NCBI GenBank assembly: GCA_031406795.1
Contig: JANOHV010000236.1
Location: 1-58,141, forward strand
Direction of reading: 5' to 3'
DNA from: Candidatus Rokuibacteriota bacterium
GTDB taxonomy: Bacteria; JAUVQV01; DATDCY01
Length of the DNA stretch: 58,141 nucleotides
Shown here: piece after piece, positions 51,383 to 58,141 of the stretch
Layout of the letters: every line of letters starts with the position of its first letter
Position numbering within the stretch: position 1 is the first letter of the stretch
Position numbers and translations under genes: made by a program
Notes under the pieces: generated by a model
Database searches by the model: none
What the model saw: only the letters and a program-made list of their open reading frames with translations
What the model was told of the DNA's origin: nothing

Positions 51383-51451
51383 CGCTACGCGTAGTGCTTT
51401 CAGCCTTGCCGGTTGACAAGGTGTCCATACGGGTGCGAGGGAGGAATCGCC

Positions 51452-54400
51452 TTGATTTTCAAGAAGCTTCAGCTGCACGGTTTCAAGACCTTCTTTGATC
51501 GCACCGAGGTGCACTTCAAGCCGGGGATCAACGCCGTCGTCGGGCCGAACGGCTGTGGAAAGAGCAACATCGCCGACGCGATCCGCTGGGTCCTCGGGGA
51601 GCAGAGCCCCAAACAGCTGCGCGGCGAGAAGATGGAGGACCTGATCTTCTCCGGCAGCCAGACGCGCCACCCGCTCGGCATGGCCGAGGTATCCCTGACC
51701 GTCGAACTCACCGGGGAAGAGCTGCCGGTCCCCTACAACCTGTTCACCGAAATCTGCGTCACCCGCCGGCTCTACCGTTCCGGCGAGAGCGAGTATTTCA
51801 TCAACAACACCATCTGTCGGCTGCGCGACATCCGCGAGTTGTTTCTCGACACCGGCCTCAACCCCAAGGCGTACGCCGTCATCAGCCAGGGGAACATCGG
51901 TTCCCTCGTCGACGCCCACCCCGAGGATCGGCGGGTGCTCCTCGAAGAGGCGGCCGGCATCGCCAAGTTCAAGGAGCGCAAAGTCGCGGCGCTGCGCAAA
52001 CTCGACGCCACCGAACAGAATCTCGTCCGTCTGAACGACCTGACCGCCGAGATCAAACGCCAGCTCGGTTCTCTGCAGCGCCAGGCGCGCAGGACGGAGC
52101 GGTATCACGAGCTCAAGGGACAGCACGAGGCTCTCGAGGTCCGGATCCTGATCCACCAGCACGATACCCTGCTCGAGCGGGTGCGCTCCCACACGGAGCG
52201 AATCCGCGCGCTGGAGGAACTGCAGGAAGCGCTCAAGACCGAGACTGCCACGCGGGAAGCCGGGCTCGAGGCCGGCTCCCTCGAGTCGGTCCAGGTCGAG
52301 CAGTCGCTGGGGGGGCTGCGGGAGGAGTTCTACGCCCACCGCTCCCGCCTGGAATCGCTGGAACAGCAGCTCGACGCCGCTCGCGGCCGGCTCGCCGCGC
52401 TCCAGAAGTCGCTCGCCAGCGATCGCGCGGAATCCGAACACCTGGCCGGGCTCGTGACCGGCCACTCGGCCGATCTGGCCCGGATCGAGGAAGAGCTGGC
52501 GCGGCTCGAGGAAACCCTCGGCGGCCAGGAGGAGCTTCGCGCCGAGACCGCGGCGCGGCTCGCCGAGGCCGCCACCGAGGCGCGCGAGCGCAAGGAGGCG
52601 CTCGACGAGGCTTCCGGCCGCTACCGGGACGGCGTCCGTGTCGAGTCGGAATCCCAGCGCACGCTGGCGCGCCTCGCGGCGCGCGCCGAAGCGATCGACC
52701 GTGAACTGGACCGCGTGACCGGCGAACTCGCCGCCCTGGAAGCCGAGGACCGCGTGCTCGCCGCCCGTGAACAGGACCTGGCGCTGCTGTTGTCGACGCA
52801 GCGCGAATCGTTGCAGAGCAACGACGAACTGGCCGCGGCCGCCGCGCTCGAGCTCGGACAGGCGCGCGAGGAGGCGGCGGTCGTCGAAGCCGGACTCAGC
52901 TCCGCGCGCGAGGAGTTCAACGCCTCGACCGCACGCCTGGGCTCGCTCAGCGAGCTGGAGCGCAACCTGAGCGGCTGGCCGGAACTCTTCCAGGAGGAGT
53001 TGGCCCGCATCCTCGCGCATCGCGATCTCGACGGGGGGTTGCTCGGCATCCTCGCCGACGCGCTACAAGTTCCCGCCGAGCACGAGGTCGCCCTCGAGGC
53101 GGTGCTCGGCGACCGTCTCAAGTTCCTGCTGGTGAGCGCCCCGGAAACCGGGATCGAGGCGGCGCGCGTCCTGCAGGAGGGCACCGCGGTGCGCGGCACC
53201 TTCCTGCCGATCAGTCCGCGCCGCGCGGCCGCGGAACCGCCCGCCACCGCGGTCGGCCTGCCGCGGCTGATCGATTTCGTGACGACGCCGGCGCACCTGC
53301 GGCCGCTCGCCGAGCACCTGCTGCGCGACGTCCACCTCGTCGGCAGCCTCGCCGCGGCTCTCGCGATCTGGCGCGGGGACGCCCCGGGATGCACGTTCGT
53401 CACCCCGCTCGGCGAGGTGCTCTGGCCCGACGGTTCGGTGACCGCGGGACGTCTCGACCCCTCGCGCGAACTGCTCCCGCTCGTGCGTTCGATTCGCGAG
53501 ACCCAGGCGATCGCCGCCGCGGCCGGCGAACGGACCGCCGACTTCGCCGGGCGCCAGGAGACGGTGCGCGAGCGCGTCAGCGCACTCGATCAGGGAGCGC
53601 GCAGCCTCGAGCAGCAGGGGCGCGCCATCGCCCAGCAGATCGCCTCTCTCGAGAAGGACTTGCTGTTTTCGCGCCAGAAACGCGGCGCCCACAGCACGCA
53701 GCGCGAGCGCCTCAGCGACCTGTCGGGGCGCGTCAGCGCCGAGCGCGAGCAGGTCGAACAAGGTCTCGAGCAGGAGCGCGCCCGCCGCAACGAGCTGACG
53801 ACGGCCCGGGCGCGCTTCGAGGAGGAGATGGCCACGCTCGAAGCGGATCTGTCCGCCCGCCTGCTCGAGGAGCGCTCCTCGATGGAACGGCTCGCCGCGC
53901 TGCAGGTGCAGCTCGCCGCCGGACGCGAGCGCACGGCCCATCTGGGCACGCGTCGCGAACACCTCGTCGCCGACACGGCGCGCGCCACCCGCCGGCGCAC
54001 GGAACTCGCCGGCACGATGGAGCTCGCGCTCGCCGCCTCCACGGAGGCCGCGAGCGCCGTCGACACGCTCGCCTGCGACCGGGCGCTGCTGGCCGCGGAG
54101 CGCGACCGCATCGAGGCGCGTCTGAACGAGGCCCAGGATCGCCACCGCCAGCTGCTCGGCCGCGCCCGCGAAACGGAGGAGCGGCTGCGGCTGATGCGCG
54201 CGCGCCGCGAGGAGATCCAGACCGAACAGGTCACCCTCCAGGTCAACCTGGCCGAAGAGCAGGTCCGGCGCGAGCACCTGCACGTGCGCGTCGTCGAGCT
54301 GCGCGGGAGCGGCCCCGAGGAGCTCCTCGACGAGCCGGCCCGCGCCGAGCTGCTGGCCGCCTCGCTGGCCGCGATGGAGGAGAGCCATCGCGACCTCGAC

Positions 54401-55030
54401 CGGCAGATCAAGGCACTCGGACCGGTCAACCTGGCGGCCCTGGGCGACCAGCAGGAATTGCAGGATCGTCTGGAGACCCAGCGGCGTCAGCAGGAGGATC
54501 TCGACCAGGCCGCGCGCGACCTGCGCCAGGCGATCGCCAAGATCAACGCCACTTCGCGCGAGAAGTTCCTCGAGACCTTCGAGAAGGTCAACGAAAAATT
54601 CCAGGAAATCTTCCCACAGCTGCTCGAAAACGGCCACGCGCTGCTGCGCCTGGCGGAAGGCGAAGACCCGCTGGAGGCGGGGGTCGAGATCCTGGCCCAG
54701 CCCGCGGGCAAGAAGCTCAAGCACATCTCGCTGCTCTCCGGCGGCGAACAGGCGCTCACCGCCATCGCGCTGCTGCTCGCGATCTTCATGGTCAAGCCTT
54801 CGCCGTTCTGCCTGCTCGACGAAGTCGACGCGCCGCTCGACGAGTCGAACATCATGCGCTTCCTCAAGGTGCTGCGCCGCTCCGTCGGCAACTCGCAGCT
54901 GGTGATGGTCACGCACAACAAGCGAACCATGGAGAACGCCAACAACCTGGTCGGCGTCACGATGTCCGACCCCGGGGTCTCGCGCCTGATCTCCGTGCAG
55001 CTGCGCGAGTATCAGGCGCAGGCCTCCTAG
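51452..55030 (+). CDS. smc: Chromosome segregation protein SMC
   Basis: TTG start after GGGAGG; GFKTF, VGPNGCGKSN, coiled coils with hinge, LGPVNLAA, LSGGEQ, LDEVDAPLD, VTH. Confidence 0.96.
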   Translation: MIFKKLQLHGFKTFFDRTEVHFKPGINAVVGPNGCGKSNIADAIRWVLGEQSPKQLRGEKMEDLIFSGSQTRHPLGMAEVSLTVELTGEELPVPYNLFTEICVTRRLYRSGESEYFINNTICRLRDIRELFLDTGLNPKAYAVISQGNIGSLVDAHPEDRRVLLEEAAGIAKFKERKVAALRKLDATEQNLVRLNDLTAEIKRQLGSLQRQARRTERYHELKGQHEALEVRILIHQHDTLLERVRSHTERIRALEELQEALKTETATREAGLEAGSLESVQVEQSLGGLREEFYAHRSRLESLEQQLDAARGRLAALQKSLASDRAESEHLAGLVTGHSADLARIEEELARLEETLGGQEELRAETAARLAEAATEARERKEALDEASGRYRDGVRVESESQRTLARLAARAEAIDRELDRVTGELAALEAEDRVLAAREQDLALLLSTQRESLQSNDELAAAAALELGQAREEAAVVEAGLSSAREEFNASTARLGSLSELERNLSGWPELFQEELARILAHRDLDGGLLGILADALQVPAEHEVALEAVLGDRLKFLLVSAPETGIEAARVLQEGTAVRGTFLPISPRRAAAEPPATAVGLPRLIDFVTTPAHLRPLAEHLLRDVHLVGSLAAALAIWRGDAPGCTFVTPLGEVLWPDGSVTAGRLDPSRELLPLVRSIRETQAIAAAAGERTADFAGRQETVRERVSALDQGARSLEQQGRAIAQQIASLEKDLLFSRQKRGAHSTQRERLSDLSGRVSAEREQVEQGLEQERARRNELTTARARFEEEMATLEADLSARLLEERSSMERLAALQVQLAAGRERTAHLGTRREHLVADTARATRRRTELAGTMELALAASTEAASAVDTLACDRALLAAERDRIEARLNEAQDRHRQLLGRARETEERLRLMRARREEIQTEQVTLQVNLAEEQVRREHLHVRVVELRGSGPEELLDEPARAELLAASLAAMEESHRDLDRQIKALGPVNLAALGDQQELQDRLETQRRQQEDLDQAARDLRQAIAKINATSREKFLETFEKVNEKFQEIFPQLLENGHALLRLAEGEDPLEAGVEILAQPAGKKLKHISLLSGGEQALTAIALLLAIFMVKPSPFCLLDEVDAPLDESNIMRFLKVLRRSVGNSQLVMVTHNKRTMENANNLVGVTMSDPGVSRLISVQLREYQAQAS

Positions 55031-55038
55031 GAGCCGCG

Positions 55039-55980
55039 ATGGTCTTCGGACGCGGCGCCGAGCGCCAGGGCTTGTTTGCCAGACTCAAAGCCGGGCTGGC
55101 CAAGACGCACGACGGCTTCATCAACAAGGTCGAGCGTCTGATCCTGCGCCGCAACAGCGTCGACACCCAGCTCCTCGACGAACTCGAAGAGATCTACCTT
55201 CAGGGGGATGTCGGGCCGCGCACGACCGAGGAGCTCATGGACCGGCTGCGGCGCGCGGTCGCCCGCAACGAGGTGCGCACCCCCGACGAAGTCCTGGGTT
55301 TCCTCAAGGCCCAGGCGCGGGAAATCCTGTCGGCCTGCGCCGGACGGATCGTCCTGCCCGCGCAGGGAGTCGGGGTCATCCTCGTGGTCGGCACGAACGG
55401 CTCGGGCAAGACGACGACCGTGGCCAAGCTCGGTCGCCGGCTCCAGCGCGAGGGTCGCCGGGTGATCCTCGCCGCCGCCGACACCTTCCGCGCCGCCGCG
55501 GCCGAACAACTCGAAATCTGGGGTGAGCGCACCGGCCTCGACGTGATCTCGCAGAAGCCCGGTTCCGACCCGGCCGCCGTCGTCTATGACACGATCAACG
55601 CGGCGATCGCCCGCGGCTACGACACGGTCATCGCGGACACGGCGGGGAGGATGCATACGAAGGTCAATCTCATGGAGGAGATGAAGAAAATCCGGCGCAC
55701 GGCGGCCAAGCTCGTCCCGGGCGCTCCCCACGAGACGCTGCTGGTTCTCGACGCGACGACAGGCCAGAACGCCTTCTCGCAGATGCGGCTCTTCCACGAG
55801 GCGGTCGGGTTGACGGGGCTGGTCCTGACCAAGCTTGATGGCACGGCCCGCGGCGGCGTGGTGCTCGGCCTGGCGCGCGAATTCCCGGTGCCCGTCAAGC
55901 TCGTCGGCGTCGGCGAGAAAGTCGAGGACCTGCAGGACTTCGACCCCGAGGCCTTCGTCGAGGCCCTCTACGAGCGCTAG
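55039..55980 (+). CDS. ftsY: Signal recognition particle receptor FtsY
   Basis: GTNGSGKTTT, DTFRAAA, DTAGR, DATTGQN, TKLDGTARGG, GVGEKVEDL. Confidence 0.97.
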   Translation: MVFGRGAERQGLFARLKAGLAKTHDGFINKVERLILRRNSVDTQLLDELEEIYLQGDVGPRTTEELMDRLRRAVARNEVRTPDEVLGFLKAQAREILSACAGRIVLPAQGVGVILVVGTNGSGKTTTVAKLGRRLQREGRRVILAAADTFRAAAAEQLEIWGERTGLDVISQKPGSDPAAVVYDTINAAIARGYDTVIADTAGRMHTKVNLMEEMKKIRRTAAKLVPGAPHETLLVLDATTGQNAFSQMRLFHEAVGLTGLVLTKLDGTARGGVVLGLAREFPVPVKLVGVGEKVEDLQDFDPEAFVEALYER

Positions 55981-56348
55981 GGCGACTCCGGCCCGAGCTG
56001 CTCCCTGATCATCGCCACCAGGACGCTCCCCGGCTCGCCCTTGAGAAACGTGCCCTGGACTTCGCCGATCTGGCGGAGCGGTTCGATGAGCTTCTCGTCG
56101 ACGGAGCAGACAATCACGCTGGTCGCGGCCCTGCGCACGAGCCGCAGTTCCCGGAAGAATTCCTCCCCGCCCATCTGCGGCAGCACGATGTCCAGCAGAA
56201 TCAGATCGACCTGCTCGCCCGCATCGATGAAGTCCAGCCCCTGCCTGCCGGTGTAGGCGCACAGGAGCCGCAGCCCCAGATCGGCGAGCAGGATCTGGTA
56301 GTAGTCCTGGATGTCGGTGTCGTCCTCGACGATCAACAGCGTCTTCAT
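55977..56348 (-). CDS. Single-domain response regulator
   Basis: LLIVEDD..ILLDIVLPQMGG..VIVCS..FLK; ATGA overlap with the kinase. Confidence 0.88.
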   Translation of the reverse strand: MKTLLIVEDDTDIQDYYQILLADLGLRLLCAYTGRQGLDFIDAGEQVDLILLDIVLPQMGGEEFFRELRLVRRAATSVIVCSVDEKLIEPLRQIGEVQGTFLKGEPGSVLVAMIREQLGPESP

Positions 56349-58141
56349 GCCTCTCCCACCCCTCCCCCGATCGGGAGCCTGACCACCGCCGTGCTGCCGC
56401 GGCCCCTGCCGGCCGACTCGAACCCGATGCTGCCGCCGACGCCGTCGACGATCATCCGGCAGATCGTCAGGCCAACGCCGGACCCCTCGGCCGACGCCGC
56501 GACCTGGTAGAACCGGTCGAAGACCCGGGCGAGTTCCTCCGGGGTCAGCCCGATCCCCTCGTCGCCGACCCGCACCACGGCTGCGCCGCCCCCGAGCGCC
56601 AGCACCACCCGGATGCTCCCGCCCGTCGGCTGTTTCTGGAATTTTATCGCATTGTTCAGCAAATTGGAAAAAACATGCCAGAGCATCTCGGCATCGCTGG
56701 TGATTTCGACGGGCGCGAGCGAAACCGACACGACGATGCCCCGGGCAGTCAACTCGGGTTGATAATCCTCGACCACGCTCCCGACGATTTCATCGAGCCG
56801 GAACCGCTCGCGGCGGTACTTCCGGACGCCCGATTCGAGCCGCGCGAGCCCGAGCAGGTTCCGAATCACCTGCTGCTGGCGCCGGATGGAGGACGCCATG
56901 ACCGTCACGACCTTGCCGACTGCCGGCGCGAAACCCTCCCGCTCGGCGATGCCGCGCAGGATTTCCAGCTGCATCGCGTGCTTGGCCACCGGCGTCTTGA
57001 GCTCGTGCGAGACATCGCGGACGAAGCCTTCGCGCAGACGATCGAGTTTCGTGAGCTCCAGATTCTGCCGCGCCAGCTCCGCGTTGGCGTGGCGCAGTTC
57101 GTCCGCGACACGCTTGCGTTCGGTGATATCGCGGCAGATCGAGATGGCCAGCGGCGCGCCTTCAAGATCGAAGATTCGGGAGCTGACCTCGTTGTGGAAG
57201 ACGCGGCCGTCCCGCGTGCGGTGAACGCTCTCGAACACCACCGTCTCACCCGCGCGCAACCGCGCCGCGATGGACGCGGAATCCACCCCGCTCGCCCCCG
57301 GCGCCTCGATCTGCTCGACGGTCATCCCGACCAGTTCCTCCCGCGTGTACCCGAGCCGCGCGCATCCCGTGTCGTTGGCCTCCACGATCCTGCCGTGGCG
57401 CCCATCAGCCGTCAGTTCGTGGACGTAGATACTGTCGCCCACGCTCCGGAAGAGCGCCCCGTAGCGATCCAGGCTCTGCCGCAAGCCGCGCTCCGCGGCA
57501 GTGCGCTGGCCAATCTCGTGCACCAGGGTGCAGTTGAGATCCATGAGCTTGTCCTCGGAGCGCTCGATGCTGTCGGCCATGGCGTTGAACGCCGCGGCCA
57601 GCCGCGCGAACTCGCCGCTGCCCGTCACCGGAATGCGGTGCGCGAGGTTGCCGATGCCAAGCGCCCCCGCGCCCTGGCTGAGCACCTCGATGTTGCGCAT
57701 GATCACCAGGTCGCCCCAGAGCGCCACCGCGCCGAAGAGCACCAGGCAGACGGCGGTGATCCCCGCGCCGCTGTACAGCATGGCGGCGACTCCCTCCTCG
57801 ATGCTCTTCCCCAGGATCCCGACGCGCACGCTGCCGAGGTCGGTGCCCAGGCCGGCGTCGCCGATGCCGACCGCGACATCGAAGATCGTGCCTGCGGCGG
57901 TTGCGAGTTTGCGGACGCGGGGTTGTCCCTGTGAATTCGGGGAATTGACCCGGAGCAGTTCGGTCGGAAAGGTGTCGCCGAAGGTGTGCACCATCACCGC
58001 GCCGGCGGGATCCTGGATGAAGACGTACGAGATGTCGTCTTCGACCCGCCGGCTGGCCTCCGCCAACAGCAGCAGCGAAACCATGTCTTCGGTCAGCATC
58101 CACTTCACGCTGTCGTCGGCGACGAGCCGGGCGATGGACAC
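56345..58141 (-). CDS. Sensor histidine kinase (TM-HAMP-PAS-HisKA-HATPase), 5' end outside the window
   Basis: HAMP GEFARLAAAFNAMA, PAS LGYTREELVG..RDITERK, H-box SHELKTP, NLLNNAIKF, DEGIG, FDRFYQ, GSGVGL. Confidence 0.93.
   Translation of the reverse strand: MSIARLVADDSVKWMLTEDMVSLLLLAEASRRVEDDISYVFIQDPAGAVMVHTFGDTFPTELLRVNSPNSQGQPRVRKLATAAGTIFDVAVGIGDAGLGTDLGSVRVGILGKSIEEGVAAMLYSGAGITAVCLVLFGAVALWGDLVIMRNIEVLSQGAGALGIGNLAHRIPVTGSGEFARLAAAFNAMADSIERSEDKLMDLNCTLVHEIGQRTAAERGLRQSLDRYGALFRSVGDSIYVHELTADGRHGRIVEANDTGCARLGYTREELVGMTVEQIEAPGASGVDSASIAARLRAGETVVFESVHRTRDGRVFHNEVSSRIFDLEGAPLAISICRDITERKRVADELRHANAELARQNLELTKLDRLREGFVRDVSHELKTPVAKHAMQLEILRGIAEREGFAPAVGKVVTVMASSIRRQQQVIRNLLGLARLESGVRKYRRERFRLDEIVGSVVEDYQPELTARGIVVSVSLAPVEITSDAEMLWHVFSNLLNNAIKFQKQPTGGSIRVVLALGGGAAVVRVGDEGIGLTPEELARVFDRFYQVAASAEGSGVGLTICRMIVDGVGGSIGFESAGRGRGSTAVVRLPIGGGVGEA

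Overview
High-GC chromosomal backbone of a diderm bacterium; the gene content (RomR-like regulator next to valS, mutS-amidase, TrpB2, UPF0280, RicT, SMC, LptFG) resembles deltaproteobacteria/Nitrospirota-like lineages, but the taxon cannot be fixed from this window. It holds about 47 CDS, mostly housekeeping (translation, replication/repair, cofactor and lipid synthesis, LPS export), one tRNA-Pro(GGG) and an S6:S18 leader. No transposase, integrase, prophage, CRISPR array or defence island is visible. Points worth a second look: (1) a ~120-bp MITE-like palindromic element present as a tandem at 1-235 and again at 37.0 kb, where its core is replaced by a pair of GTAG-type REPs; (2) a tandem PATAN/DUF4388-like + cNMP-binding + HTH protein, and a separate OMP-trpB2-Crp-phosphodiesterase-accD run, which hint at an undescribed cyclic-nucleotide circuit; (3) two non-str EF-G paralogues with complementary degeneracy; (4) AT-rich clusters of DnaA-box-like motifs at 39.8 kb and in the smc promoter; (5) a probable ~18-kb inversion that split the rpsF-ssb-rpsR-yybS-rplI-dnaB operon; (6) three genes with the same leaderless-type promoter geometry. 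All product calls come from motif recognition by eye; no database search was run.
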